Below are positions 1 through 11,017 of a DNA stretch of 64,000 nt, piece after piece. The stretch is from Candidatus Izemoplasmatales bacterium (GTDB lineage: Bacteria > Bacillota_I > Bacilli_A > Izemoplasmatales > Hujiaoplasmataceae), in assembly GCA_050177605.1 (NCBI GenBank), contig JBFXGX010000004.1:24479-88478 (forward strand), in the 5' to 3' direction. The notes under the pieces were generated by a model. The model ran no database searches. It saw only the letters and a list, made by a program, of their open reading frames with translations, and had not been told where the DNA came from. Made by a program: the position numbers and the translations under genes. Position 1 is the first letter of the stretch, and the number at the start of each line of letters is the position of its first letter.

Positions 1-2
1 TG

Positions 3-686
3 ATGAAGATGGCAGGGTATCTTGACTTATTAATACCAAGGGGTAGTGCTTCGTTAATTGAAACAGTGAAAAAAGAAAGTAAGGTACCAGTAATTGAAAC
101 AGGCAGTGGTGTGTGTCATTTATATGTTGATAAAGAAGCAGATATCGATATGGCGGTGAAAGTTGCCTACAATGCGAAAGTTGATCGTCCTGCAGTATGT
201 AATTCAATTGAAACCATTCTTGTAGATGAAACAGTGAAAGTTGCTTTCTTAGATAAACTAGCAAAAAGTATGAAAGATATCGTGGTATTCAAGGGGTGTC
301 CAAAAACAAAAGAAATCCTCAAGGATATCGAGGAAGCAAAAGAAGAAGATTATTATAAAGAATATGATGATCTTTTTATCAATATCAAAGTGACTTCATC
401 TTTAACGGAGGCAATTGATCACATAAACACGCATTCAACCCATCATAGCGAAACAATTATTTCATCAAATGATCAAACGACAAAGTTGTTTTTTGAGTTT
501 GTCGATTCAGCCGTTGTTTATCAAAATGCATCGACAAGGTTTAGCGATGGTTTTGAATTTGGATACGGCGCAGAAGTTGGGATATCAACGCAAAAGTTAC
601 ATGCTAGAGGTCCAATGGGACTTTTTGCACTGACAACGACAAAATACTATGTCTATGGTTCAGGACAGATAAGGAAAACATCATGA
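3..686 (+). CDS. proA: Gamma-glutamyl phosphate reductase (5'-truncated by the window edge)
   Basis: Motifs IPRGSASLI, PVIETGSGVCH, CNSIETILV, NASTRFSDGFEFGYGAEVGISTQKLHARGPMGL. Confidence 0.97.
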   Translation: MKMAGYLDLLIPRGSASLIETVKKESKVPVIETGSGVCHLYVDKEADIDMAVKVAYNAKVDRPAVCNSIETILVDETVKVAFLDKLAKSMKDIVVFKGCPKTKEILKDIEEAKEEDYYKEYDDLFINIKVTSSLTEAIDHINTHSTHHSETIISSNDQTTKLFFEFVDSAVVYQNASTRFSDGFEFGYGAEVGISTQKLHARGPMGLFALTTTKYYVYGSGQIRKTS

Positions 687-1489
687 GCGAACGAATTGGG
701 ATTATTGGTGGCGGAACGATGGGAGAAGCCATCACTTCAGGATTATTAAAAGCAGGACAATATAGTCGAAATCAACTCTTTTTATATGATCCACATCTAG
801 AAAAAAGAATGTATATGAAAGAACAATACAATATTCAAATCGTTAGTAACAATATCGAATTAGTCAAATCAGTTGATGTGATTATACTTGCGATTAAACC
901 ATATGCATTTGATGCACTCTTTCAAGAGATTCAGCCTGTATTAGCGGAAAGCCAGTTATTGATTTCAATCGCTGCAGGGATGACGATTAAAAAAATAGAA
1001 TCGTTCACATCAAACCAGATGAAGATTGCACGGACAATGCCAAATACAGCATCAAGAATTCGTGAAGGAATTACTGGGTATACGATGAATAAAAACTGCA
1101 CAAGAAAAGAAGAAGTTATTTTACTGAACATACTATCAAGTATCGGAAGTGCTATCAAATTAAAAGAAGCACAATTCGATGTGTTCACATCAATTTGTGC
1201 TTCTTCACCAGCCTTTCTATATTACTTTATTGAAGCCTTGTCTAGTGTCGGCGAAGAAGAGGGTCTTACCAAAGAAGAATCCTACATGGTTGTCGCAAAG
1301 GCAATGAAAGGTGCCGCTTTGATGATATTAAATACAATGACTGAACCTAGTCTACTCCGTGATAAAGTCTGTACAAAAGGTGGTACAACGATTGAGGGAA
1401 TCAAAGTGTTAGAAGAAAATCATTTTTATGATATTTTAAGAGAAGCTGCGATTAAAACAGCACTTCGTAGTAAAGAACTATCCAAATAG
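683..1489 (+). CDS. proC: Pyrroline-5-carboxylate reductase
   Basis: IGIIGGGTMG Rossmann motif, LAIKP, ISIAAG, RTMPNT, VCTKGGTTIEG; ATGA overlap with proA. Confidence 0.96.
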   Translation: MSERIGIIGGGTMGEAITSGLLKAGQYSRNQLFLYDPHLEKRMYMKEQYNIQIVSNNIELVKSVDVIILAIKPYAFDALFQEIQPVLAESQLLISIAAGMTIKKIESFTSNQMKIARTMPNTASRIREGITGYTMNKNCTRKEEVILLNILSSIGSAIKLKEAQFDVFTSICASSPAFLYYFIEALSSVGEEEGLTKEESYMVVAKAMKGAALMILNTMTEPSLLRDKVCTKGGTTIEGIKVLEENHFYDILREAAIKTALRSKELSK

Positions 1490-1499
1490 GAGGAAAGGC

Positions 1500-3416
1500 A
1501 TGAATTTAACGTATAAAATATTATCATCTCACCTCCTTGAAGGTGAGTTAAAAAAAGGAAATGAAATTAAAATAAAAATTGACCAAACGTTAACCCAAGA
1601 TAGTACTGGAACGATGGTCTATTTACAATTAGAAGCTTTCAATGTGAAAGAAAAAAAGACTGATTTAAGCGTCGCTTATATTGATCATAATATGTTACAA
1701 ACCGACTTCATGAATGCGGATGATCATGAATATATCAAAGGGGTCGCGCTTAAGCATGGTATCATTTATTCTAAAGCTGGAGGAGGGATTTGTCACCAAG
1801 TTCATTTAGAACGATTTGCAAAACCAGGGAGTACGCTCATTGGTTCTGATTCACATACACCAACAGCTGGAGGAATCAGCGCTCTAGCAATCGGTGCAGG
1901 TGGACTAGATGTAGCGATTGCGATAGCGAGAGGGTATTACTATGTAACAGTTCCTAAAGTGATTAATATCATACTTAAGAACAAATTAAATCCTTTTGTA
2001 AGTGCGAAAGATGTAATACTCGTAATCCTTAAACAATTGACTGTAAAAGGTGGCGTAGGAAGTGTCTTAGAATATTCTGGAGAAGGGATGAAATCTTTAT
2101 CAGTTACAGACCGAGCAACCATCACGAATATGGGTGCTGAACTTGGCGCAACTTCTTCTATATTTCCAACGGACGAATACACCTTAGATTTTTTAATTCG
2201 GCAAAACAGAACATCAGATATGGGTTATTTTGTAGCGGATGATGACGTAACCTATGATGAGGTTATTACGATTGATTTAAGTTTAATCGAACCAAGCGTT
2301 GCCTTACCACATAGCCCTGACAATGTCGATTTAGTTAAAAATCACCAAATAAAAGTTAACCAAGTCATTGTAGGATCTTGTACAAATTCAAGTTATACCG
2401 ATATGATGAAAGTCGCACATATATTAAAAGGGAAGAAAATCCATCCCGATGTCAGTTTTTCAGTCAGTCCTGGATCATCGAATATTTTAAGAATGCTCGC
2501 AGAAAATGGTGCGCTCGCAGTGATGATTTCTGCTGGCGCACGAATCCTTGAAAGTGGGTGTGGCCCTTGTATTGGTATGGGACAAGCTCCCTTTACAAAC
2601 GGAGTGTCACTAAGGACAATGAATCGTAATTTCAAAGGAAGAAGTGGAACAACGTCGGCGGACGTTTATCTTGTCTCGCCAGAAACCGCCGCAGTATCTG
2701 CGCTTTATGGCGAATTAACAGATCCTCGAAAACTAACAGAGGAACTTCATGTTGCCTTACCACCATCCTACCTTGTCAATGAAACGTATTTTATCTACCC
2801 AACAGAAGAAGACAAAACAAAAGAGATTAAACGAGGACCAAATATTTTACCATTTCCACTTGGAGATAGACTTGAAGATACTTTTCGTAAAACAGTTCTT
2901 CTGAAAGTGGGAGACAATATCACAACGGATGATATTACACCCTCTAGCGCCAACCTTTTACCATATCGATCAAATATACCTTATTTGAGTACGTTTTGTT
3001 TTGGAACGATTACCACAGAATTTAAACAGCGTGCAACTGCGTTTGATGGCGGCATTATTGTCGCTGGAGAGAATTATGGACAAGGTTCAAGCCGGGAACA
3101 TGCGGCGCTCGTTCCGCTTTATCTGAAAGTAAAAGCTGTTCTTGCGAAATCATTCGCAAGAATTCATAAAGCTAATTTGATTAATGCAGGGATCCTTCCA
3201 TTAACGTTTGTTCACGCTGATGATCATCAATCAATCGATGAATTTGATATCCTTCTTTTTGAAGATGTTCTGTCATCAATTGAAAAAAATCTAGAAATCC
3301 GAATATGGAATGAAACCAAACAAAAAATGATTTATACGGTGTTCACCGGTTCAGCGAAGGATCGACAAGTCCTACTTCTTGGTGGAACAATCCACCAAGT
3401 GAAAGGAGAAATGTAA
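1500..3416 (+). CDS. Aconitate hydratase (compact single-chain type)
   Basis: TQDSTGT, GICHQVHLE, GSDSHT, GSCTN, GCGPCIGMG, NRNFKGRSG, NYGQGSSREHA; clustered with IDH and citrate synthase. Confidence 0.93.
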   Translation: MNLTYKILSSHLLEGELKKGNEIKIKIDQTLTQDSTGTMVYLQLEAFNVKEKKTDLSVAYIDHNMLQTDFMNADDHEYIKGVALKHGIIYSKAGGGICHQVHLERFAKPGSTLIGSDSHTPTAGGISALAIGAGGLDVAIAIARGYYYVTVPKVINIILKNKLNPFVSAKDVILVILKQLTVKGGVGSVLEYSGEGMKSLSVTDRATITNMGAELGATSSIFPTDEYTLDFLIRQNRTSDMGYFVADDDVTYDEVITIDLSLIEPSVALPHSPDNVDLVKNHQIKVNQVIVGSCTNSSYTDMMKVAHILKGKKIHPDVSFSVSPGSSNILRMLAENGALAVMISAGARILESGCGPCIGMGQAPFTNGVSLRTMNRNFKGRSGTTSADVYLVSPETAAVSALYGELTDPRKLTEELHVALPPSYLVNETYFIYPTEEDKTKEIKRGPNILPFPLGDRLEDTFRKTVLLKVGDNITTDDITPSSANLLPYRSNIPYLSTFCFGTITTEFKQRATAFDGGIIVAGENYGQGSSREHAALVPLYLKVKAVLAKSFARIHKANLINAGILPLTFVHADDHQSIDEFDILLFEDVLSSIEKNLEIRIWNETKQKMIYTVFTGSAKDRQVLLLGGTIHQVKGEM

Positions 3417-4412
3417 ATGAGAAAGATTGTTACGTTAATCCCTGGAGATGGCATTGGACCTGAAATTAGTGAAGCACTGATGTTTGTTATGGATAAAATC
3501 AAATGTGATATTGATTTTGAGATTGTAGATGCTGGATTAACATACTTAGAAAAAGGGGGACAGTTAATCCCAAACGATGTCTATGATAGTATTGAAAAAA
3601 CAAGATGTGTCATCAAGGGTCCAATCACAACACCGATTCAAGAAGGATTTCGAAGTATTAATGTCTTCTTAAGAAAAAAATATGATTTATATCAAAATAT
3701 CCGCCCTGTAAAAGGAATCAGTCCTTCACTTATCGACTTTGTTATATTTCGTGAAAACACGGAAGGACTGTATATTGGTGAAGAGAAAGATTTAGGAAAT
3801 GGTATTACAGAAGCAACGAAGAGAATTACCCGCGTTGGAAGTAATCGCATTATTCAGGCAGCGTTTGAATATGCGTCTATGAATCACCGGAAAAAAGTGA
3901 CGGTGATTCACAAAGCGAATATTTTAAAAGTGACAGATGGACTCTTTTTATCGGTCGCAAGAGAAATCAAGGAACATTTCCCTGAAGTACAATATGAAGA
4001 AATGATTATCGATAATGCTTGTATGCAAATGGTCATGAATCCTATGCAATTTGATGTCATTGTCACAATGAACTTATATGGTGATATCTTATCCGATCTA
4101 GGTGCTGGACTGGTGGGTGGATTAGGTCTCGCACCAGGAGCGAATATTGGAAGTGAGTGTGCTATCTTTGAAGCAGTTCATGGAAGTGCACCAAACATTG
4201 CAGGAAAAGGAATCGCTAATCCGGTAGCCCTACTCAGAAGCGCCGTGATGATGTTATCGTATTTAGGCGAAACTGAGAATTCTAACAAACTTGATCTAGC
4301 AATCAACCAAGTCCTTGAAGAAAAAATGATCAGAACTCCTGATTTAGGAGGAACAAACACAACCATGGAGATGGCAGAAGTTATCACTAAAAGATTTGAG
4401 ATGATACGATGA
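3417..4412 (+). CDS. Isocitrate dehydrogenase (NAD-type isocitrate/isopropylmalate dehydrogenase family)
   Basis: IPGDGIGPE, KGPITTP, RENTEGLY, HKANI, NLYGDILSD, FEAVHGSAP; sits between aconitase and citrate synthase. Confidence 0.92.
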   Translation: MRKIVTLIPGDGIGPEISEALMFVMDKIKCDIDFEIVDAGLTYLEKGGQLIPNDVYDSIEKTRCVIKGPITTPIQEGFRSINVFLRKKYDLYQNIRPVKGISPSLIDFVIFRENTEGLYIGEEKDLGNGITEATKRITRVGSNRIIQAAFEYASMNHRKKVTVIHKANILKVTDGLFLSVAREIKEHFPEVQYEEMIIDNACMQMVMNPMQFDVIVTMNLYGDILSDLGAGLVGGLGLAPGANIGSECAIFEAVHGSAPNIAGKGIANPVALLRSAVMMLSYLGETENSNKLDLAINQVLEEKMIRTPDLGGTNTTMEMAEVITKRFEMIR

Positions 4413-5737
4413 ACGAATTTATTAAAAGGCATGTGGAAGAATCGATTCAAAATAACCGAATTGATTCTTCCCTTTATAAAACCTATAATGTAAAAAGTGG
4501 TCTACGAAACGAAAATGGGACCGGTGTTTTGGTAGGTCTTAGTCAAGTCTCGAATGTAGTAGGTTATCATCTGGAAGATGGCAAAAAGATGAATATGAGT
4601 GGGATGCTCTACTACCGGGGATATAATATCACCGACATTGTTTCTTCAATTAAAAAGGAAAAAAGACATGGCTTTGAAGAAGTGATGTATTTACTGATTT
4701 TTGGCGCTTTACCTAAACAAGAAGCGTTGACTGAATTTAAACTTATTTTAGGGAAATATCGAGATTTACCAAAGAGTTTTGTCGAAAATATGATTTTAAA
4801 AAATCCTTCAATCAATGTGATGAATAAACTGATGCGTTCTATCTTGGTGTTATATTCATATGATAAGAACCCAGAAGATCAAACGATTGAAAATGTCTTA
4901 AATGAAAGTATCAGACTTATTTCAAGATTCCCTACAATCGTTGCCTATGGGTATCAAGCAAAGAAACATTATTATGATAATGAGTCGTTAATTATTCATA
5001 TGCCAAAAGCAGACCTTTCAACGGCGGAGTATTTACTTTATTTAATTCGTCCTGATAAATTATATACTGAAAAAGAAGCAGAAGTACTCGATATTTGTTT
5101 GTTACTACACGCCGATCATGGAGCGAATAACTCAAGTTTCGCTACCCATGTGGTCTCTTCAACTGGAACGGATCTTTATTCAACGATTTGTACTGCCGTA
5201 GGAAGTCTCAAGGGTCCAAAACATGGTGGCGCAAACCTGAATGTAAAATCGATGATCGATGATATAAAGAAAAACGTTGAATACACAGATAAAGTGAAAC
5301 TAAAAGACTATTTATCAAAAATCCTTGATAAGGAAGTGTTTGATCGTGCTGGATTAATCTACGGAATGGGTCACGCCGTATATACATTAAGTGATCCACG
5401 CGCTGAAATATTAAGGGGATATGCTTATGAGCTAGCACTAGAAAAAAATAAGGTTCATGAGTATGAACTTTATGTATCCATCGAACAATTAACGAAGGAA
5501 CTCTTTATTGAAAGAAAAGGGATTGATATCTGTAGTAATGTCGATTTATATTCTGGCTTTGTTTATTCTATGTTAAATATTCCAGAAGAACTCTACACAC
5601 CAATCTTTGCTATTTCAAGAGTAGCTGGATGGGTGGCTCATCGCATCGAACAAGTCATGTCGGATAATAAGATTATTCGTCCTGCTTATCAGTTTGTACT
5701 AGAGTATAAAGACTTTGTTGATTTACACAACCGATAA
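4409..5737 (+). CDS. Citrate synthase (citrate/2-methylcitrate synthase family)
   Basis: LYYRGY, LHADHG, GPKHGGAN, GMGHAVY, DPRA, NVDLYSG, RVAGWVAH, KIIRP. Confidence 0.94.
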   Translation: MNEFIKRHVEESIQNNRIDSSLYKTYNVKSGLRNENGTGVLVGLSQVSNVVGYHLEDGKKMNMSGMLYYRGYNITDIVSSIKKEKRHGFEEVMYLLIFGALPKQEALTEFKLILGKYRDLPKSFVENMILKNPSINVMNKLMRSILVLYSYDKNPEDQTIENVLNESIRLISRFPTIVAYGYQAKKHYYDNESLIIHMPKADLSTAEYLLYLIRPDKLYTEKEAEVLDICLLLHADHGANNSSFATHVVSSTGTDLYSTICTAVGSLKGPKHGGANLNVKSMIDDIKKNVEYTDKVKLKDYLSKILDKEVFDRAGLIYGMGHAVYTLSDPRAEILRGYAYELALEKNKVHEYELYVSIEQLTKELFIERKGIDICSNVDLYSGFVYSMLNIPEELYTPIFAISRVAGWVAHRIEQVMSDNKIIRPAYQFVLEYKDFVDLHNR

Positions 5738-5752
5738 ATACAATTTATAATG

Positions 5753-5792
5753 AAAGCCATAGAGGATAGGAATCTTACGTATGGCTTTTTTT
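5753..5792 (+). terminator. Intrinsic terminator of the pro/TCA operon
   Basis: AAAGCCATA...TATGGCTTT stem followed by a T run. Confidence 0.8.
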
Positions 5793-5844
5793 ATTGAGAG
5801 AAAATCATTAAATTCTTTTAGATTATTTTAGATTATTTTTATTA

Positions 5845-5873
5845 TTGACATTTTTGAACATTTATAGTAAAAT
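5845..5873 (+). promoter_or_regulatory. Sigma-A/70 promoter
   Basis: TTGACA-17 nt-TAAAAT; implies that the TTG start at 5845 in the ORF track is not the real start. Confidence 0.75.
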
Positions 5874-5895
5874 AAAAAAAGAGGGGGATGATTTT

Positions 5896-8361
5896 ATGTT
5901 AAATACGAAATCTCATCAATTACACAAAAAATATAGATATCACTATCTACTTATTTTGTTTGTATTAATTTTTAGTATTACCTTAGTCGGCTGTGAGAAA
6001 ACGACTGTAAGCACAGACACCACTGTGAGTGTTGATTGGGATAAAAACAAATTGTATGCGCCACTTCACACTGTAGAACTATATTATGGGTATAGCACCT
6101 GGGAGCCACTCAACTACATCCGACTAGTCACAGAAGAGTCACTCTATTTAGGGGATATTACAGTAAGTGGTTACGTTGATGTTACAGTCCTTGGTGAATA
6201 CGATGTAACTTACTCTATTGAACTCTATGGGGAAGAACTAAGTGATACTGTCACTTTTATTGTTATAGATAATGTTGCGCCATCAATCACTTTTACGAGT
6301 GATAGTAGCAAGTTTGTTTATGATGTTGGAGGAGTGATTGACTTAATGTCTGTCATTACTTCGGTAGACGATAATTATGATTCATTAGATATTAGTAATG
6401 TTGAAATAGTTACTGAAATTGATGCAATGACTGCAGGGGAGTACGATATTATCTTTCGGATTACTGATTTATCTGGTAATTACCGAGATTATATAAAAAC
6501 ATTCGTTGTCATGGGTTTCACACCGGAAACGATTATTACTCATTTAGATGGAATTGAGATTCTAAAATATATCCATTTAGACAATGGTGATGATTTATAT
6601 ATGATTCGCTATCAAAACTTAGATCGTCTCTATGTTTTTCATGATGATGAGATTGCTTATTCGAAATCATCCACCATTGGTGTTACCTACATTCTAGATT
6701 ATTTTGATAGTACCCATGTATTCATTTCCGAAGTAGCTAAAAATGGTCTCAGCAGTTTTGCGGTGATTTCAGTTTACGACACACAGACGCAAGAAGAATC
6801 AAGTTTCACAAGTGGGAATATCTATCAGATTTCAACCAATCAAGCAAGATATTCTGAAAGAGACAATTATACCTTTATTTTAAAAGATGGATTTGATTTA
6901 TATCATATCAACCAGGATTTATCTTTATCACTGATTTATGATTTTGATGATGATGTTGTTTCTTGGGATGTTTTGATGGTAGATCAGGCGAATGATTTAA
7001 CTTATTTACAGTATTCATTTATTCATGAAGACGGGACGTTAACCACGCTTCTTGTTCATCCTGAAGATGGATCATTAATTCAATCATATAACGAAGAAGT
7101 AGAGCTTTCTCCAAAAGTAACTTGTTATCATGAATTGGTTCTTTTAGTCTATCCTCAACCAGAGGATATCCTTAATCCTTATCGTATCGAAGTATTTGAT
7201 CAAGACGGTCGTTTAATCTATAGTCATTCATTGATTCAGTATAATCTATCTGAAGGGAATGCAGCGGTATTCTATCAATCAGAGTCGACAAGATTCGTCT
7301 ATTCATTTAATGATATTTTTGAATTAGTCTCAACCTATTCAACAAAGTCTTTGGTTGATGAAGTTCATTTTGACGCGATAGGAAATGGCTATGTATTACT
7401 TTCAGATCAATCGATTGAATGGATTCACCCTGACGGTACTGTCACAACTGATAATACAACAGTGAGCCCTCGAGTACTTAATACTTTATCAGAGGAGTTA
7501 TTTGCTTATGAGGATAATCAAGTTTATACAGTCTATAATCGTGGAGAGAAAACAACCTTTTCCTGTTCAAAGACCTATACGAATATCTTAAGAGTCGAAA
7601 CGCCTTCAGGTGATACATTTGTACTATATAGTGATGTCTCTTTCAATCAAGTAGAAATGCTTGTTACAAGAGGGGATAACGCACCAGTCTTGGAACAAAC
7701 GATTTCGTGTTTTGATCATTTTAATTATGTAAATACGGACATGTCTAATCTCTTATTTATAAGTTCAAATGAAGTTCAAACGATTGCTTTTTACCTAAAT
7801 GCTGACACGCTTGAATTACAAAGTGCGACTATAAATTATTCACTTGATTTGACGGATAATGTCAGAATAGTTCGTCACGATTCAGAGATTATCATTCTAA
7901 GTAATAAAGGAATGTATATTGCTCCTTATAATGATTTCAATAACGAACTTCAAGACATCATTTTTGATGCTTATGTTGTGAATGTTTATTTGCTTCTTGA
8001 TATTGCCTATAATAATAATGATTTCTTGTTTATTGAGTATAAAAGCGATGAATGGAAGTATCATAACTCAAGAGTCTATTATGGAAATGTGGAAAATGGA
8101 CTTGATTATATGGGAATGAGTGATTTTGGTGATGCTAGTCTAGATTACTTCATTACGTTTCAACAAGAAGGTGTTAACCTGTTCTTTTTGTATGACGAAA
8201 AGATAGATGAAATCTATTATCTTGAAACATTATCCAATTCACCATTTTATGGAGTGCTTTACAAGGACTTTCTTATCTATGATCCAAATCTACCTGATAC
8301 ACTCATTTATATAGATGTTTTCACTTATGATCTTCGTTATTTCGATGGACTCGAAAAGTAA
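5896..8361 (+). CDS. Large lipoprotein with two N-terminal Ig-like (DUF5011-like) domains
   Basis: RBS GAGGGG then ATG at 5896; lipobox LVGC plus Thr-rich linker; VDVTVLGEYDVTY and IDAMTAGEYDIIFRITDLSGN repeats. Confidence 0.75.
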   Translation: MLNTKSHQLHKKYRYHYLLILFVLIFSITLVGCEKTTVSTDTTVSVDWDKNKLYAPLHTVELYYGYSTWEPLNYIRLVTEESLYLGDITVSGYVDVTVLGEYDVTYSIELYGEELSDTVTFIVIDNVAPSITFTSDSSKFVYDVGGVIDLMSVITSVDDNYDSLDISNVEIVTEIDAMTAGEYDIIFRITDLSGNYRDYIKTFVVMGFTPETIITHLDGIEILKYIHLDNGDDLYMIRYQNLDRLYVFHDDEIAYSKSSTIGVTYILDYFDSTHVFISEVAKNGLSSFAVISVYDTQTQEESSFTSGNIYQISTNQARYSERDNYTFILKDGFDLYHINQDLSLSLIYDFDDDVVSWDVLMVDQANDLTYLQYSFIHEDGTLTTLLVHPEDGSLIQSYNEEVELSPKVTCYHELVLLVYPQPEDILNPYRIEVFDQDGRLIYSHSLIQYNLSEGNAAVFYQSESTRFVYSFNDIFELVSTYSTKSLVDEVHFDAIGNGYVLLSDQSIEWIHPDGTVTTDNTTVSPRVLNTLSEELFAYEDNQVYTVYNRGEKTTFSCSKTYTNILRVETPSGDTFVLYSDVSFNQVEMLVTRGDNAPVLEQTISCFDHFNYVNTDMSNLLFISSNEVQTIAFYLNADTLELQSATINYSLDLTDNVRIVRHDSEIIILSNKGMYIAPYNDFNNELQDIIFDAYVVNVYLLLDIAYNNNDFLFIEYKSDEWKYHNSRVYYGNVENGLDYMGMSDFGDASLDYFITFQQEGVNLFFLYDEKIDEIYYLETLSNSPFYGVLYKDFLIYDPNLPDTLIYIDVFTYDLRYFDGLEK

Positions 8362-8487
8362 TTGAATATTTTCATGTGTTTTGTTTGATTGTCCTTGCAC
8401 AAATTCAAGGATTTATAGTAAAATGACAATATTAAGATATTAATCTTTTTTAGATTCACTAATATAGATTATCTAGGAGGGGACCTT

Positions 8488-10986
8488 ATGTTTAAGGGAA
8501 ATCAATTATTGAAAGCATTTAGGTTATTGTTATTTATTCTTTTTCTAAGCATCTTTACAGTTGGATGTGAGAAGACAACAACGACGACAGAAACAACTAC
8601 ATCCTCTCTTTCAACAAGTTTTGATTCAGACAGGAATTATATTACTTCGATTCAGGAGACAGTGTACTTAGAAGTCAACACTAAGACCTTTGATCCACTC
8701 ACCTATATTATACTTGGAACATTTGACCAATCGATTACGCTCGATGATGTTATTCTTTCAGGAAGTGTCGATATTGCAAAACTCGGAGAATATACCATCA
8801 CCTATAAAGTAGTGATTGATGGGCACTTATTATCTACTTGGGTCAAATTCATCGTTCGTGATACAGTGTTACCTACGATTCAGTTTTCTGAAAGAAGCAG
8901 TGATTATGAATATTTAGTTGGTTCAAATATCAATTATTTATCTCTAATTATTGCTCTCGATGATAATTATAAGACATTAACAGTAGATGACGTGGAGGTG
9001 GTAAATTACGCTGACACAACAACACCAGGAGATTATTCTGTAACATATAAAATCACAGATAAAGCTGGAAATTATCGGTCATATACAAAGTCTTTTAAGA
9101 TTGTGCCGCTTACTTCATCAACCATTCTCAATCAACAGTATAATATTGAACTCTATGATTTTGTGGCCCTAGATAACGGCAATATGATGTTTGTCGCAAG
9201 AATTTTAAATATTGTACAGGTCATTGTTTTCGAAGAAGACACAGTCGTATTTTCTATGACTGAGGATTTGATGTCTGATCAATTTTTTCAAATTGATGAA
9301 ATCAATTCTAACCAGATATTAATCAGTGTAACCTCCGAATATTATGTCTATCCTTATACATATATCTATGTTTATGATGTGGCTTCACATGAAGCAACTT
9401 ATTTTATGAATGGTAGTGTTTACGTTATTTCGGGAAATGAAGATCAATATTCAGAAAGGTCATACTATTATTTAATCTTAACAGGAGATAATGCTGTTTA
9501 TTTACTAAATGCTGATTTATCACTAGATTTACTATTTGAACTTGAGGATATATTTTTTATCGAAAGCATTGAGTATGTAGAAAACCTTGATGACACAGCA
9601 ATTGACGTGTTTGTGTTTAATCTGCAATCTTTTATGGGGATGTATAATACGCTTGTCATAGATTTGACGAATGGAATACTAGTTGAAAGAATTGATTCAG
9701 CTACGAAAAATGACGTGGATGTAGAAGTATGGGATAATCATATTTTTGTCCTATCAGCCTATGATAGTGTAAATCCAAGTTACCTTTCTATCTGGGACAC
9801 GGAACATACCAGTAATTTTGGTTCAATGTTGATATCTTATCAACTATCAACCATTGGAGAAGATCATATCATTCAATATTGGGTGAAATTTGAAGACATA
9901 AATTGTGTTTTGACGCTAGATAGTGAGTATCATCCTATCGGATCATATACTATCGAAGGAGAGGCCACTGTAGAGTTTGATAATCAAGGGAATGCATATG
10001 TTTTTAAATACAATAGTGTCGGGATAGACATTATACAAAAAGACGGCTCAGTCACTAGTGTTTCTACAGACTTTGGTCAAATCATCTATGATTTATATAG
10101 TGATGAGGTAGTTAGCTTCTATGATGGAGATACCGTTTATATCTATGATCAAGGAGAATTAACAACATTTGAAACGAGCGTTTCATATTTAGAAATAATT
10201 AAAATCGATTCTAGTGTCAGTGCGACCTCTTATCTTCTTTATAGCGATCCTATCGATAATCATACAACAATCGCCATCTTAAATAAAGAAACAGGGGAGT
10301 CTAGTGAATTTGTACTTGATACTTACTTTACGATGACTTATCTAGACCATGTTGAGTCCTATTATCTGTTTTTAAGTTATGGAAATCAAAATACCTATTT
10401 ATATTTAATTGATGTAGATAATCAGACCGTTCAAATGGTTAATTTATCTTATAGTTTTAATGAATTGAATCAAGTGACGATGAATGTATCTGGTGATCAG
10501 GTAATCATTTGTAGCACAAAGGGACTTTACGTTGCTTTGTTAAATGATTTCGAGAATCCTCTAGTGAATGTCAAGTTTGAGAAAGAGGCTAACTTCATTA
10601 ATCTTGTGATGGATATTAACACAGTGAACGGATACGATTTGTTAATGATGGAAGTTCCATCATCAATCAGGAATCAAACAGATGTTGTGACATATTATGG
10701 AAATATTGAAGATGGTTTAGATTCGATGTTACGTCATTTTATGGCATTCATGAAATACGATTATTTAGTTATTCAACCAGCAGAAGAAGGGCCAATCATT
10801 TATCTTTTTGATCCTTCCAGTTTTCAACTATGTCCAGTGAGTTTAGATACGAATACACGTGTAGAAACTGCGATTGATAAGAATCGTGTATGGTTCACTC
10901 GAAGCTACTTTGATGGAACATATCAACTGACTTTTTTTGAAGCCAATATCTATGATGGTTATCTTTTTGAATTACAACCTCGATAG
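8488..10986 (+). CDS. Large lipoprotein, paralogue of 5896-8361, with Ig-like domains
   Basis: RBS AGGAGG; lipobox TVGC plus poly-Thr; VDIAKLGEYTITY, DTTTPGDYSVTYKITDKAGN; shares YSER, SxKGxY and YYGNxExGLD blocks with its neighbour. Confidence 0.78.
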   Translation: MFKGNQLLKAFRLLLFILFLSIFTVGCEKTTTTTETTTSSLSTSFDSDRNYITSIQETVYLEVNTKTFDPLTYIILGTFDQSITLDDVILSGSVDIAKLGEYTITYKVVIDGHLLSTWVKFIVRDTVLPTIQFSERSSDYEYLVGSNINYLSLIIALDDNYKTLTVDDVEVVNYADTTTPGDYSVTYKITDKAGNYRSYTKSFKIVPLTSSTILNQQYNIELYDFVALDNGNMMFVARILNIVQVIVFEEDTVVFSMTEDLMSDQFFQIDEINSNQILISVTSEYYVYPYTYIYVYDVASHEATYFMNGSVYVISGNEDQYSERSYYYLILTGDNAVYLLNADLSLDLLFELEDIFFIESIEYVENLDDTAIDVFVFNLQSFMGMYNTLVIDLTNGILVERIDSATKNDVDVEVWDNHIFVLSAYDSVNPSYLSIWDTEHTSNFGSMLISYQLSTIGEDHIIQYWVKFEDINCVLTLDSEYHPIGSYTIEGEATVEFDNQGNAYVFKYNSVGIDIIQKDGSVTSVSTDFGQIIYDLYSDEVVSFYDGDTVYIYDQGELTTFETSVSYLEIIKIDSSVSATSYLLYSDPIDNHTTIAILNKETGESSEFVLDTYFTMTYLDHVESYYLFLSYGNQNTYLYLIDVDNQTVQMVNLSYSFNELNQVTMNVSGDQVIICSTKGLYVALLNDFENPLVNVKFEKEANFINLVMDINTVNGYDLLMMEVPSSIRNQTDVVTYYGNIEDGLDSMLRHFMAFMKYDYLVIQPAEEGPIIYLFDPSSFQLCPVSLDTNTRVETAIDKNRVWFTRSYFDGTYQLTFFEANIYDGYLFELQPR

Positions 10987-11017
10987 TGATAGGCTATTTT
11001 TGAATCTTGGAGGAATT

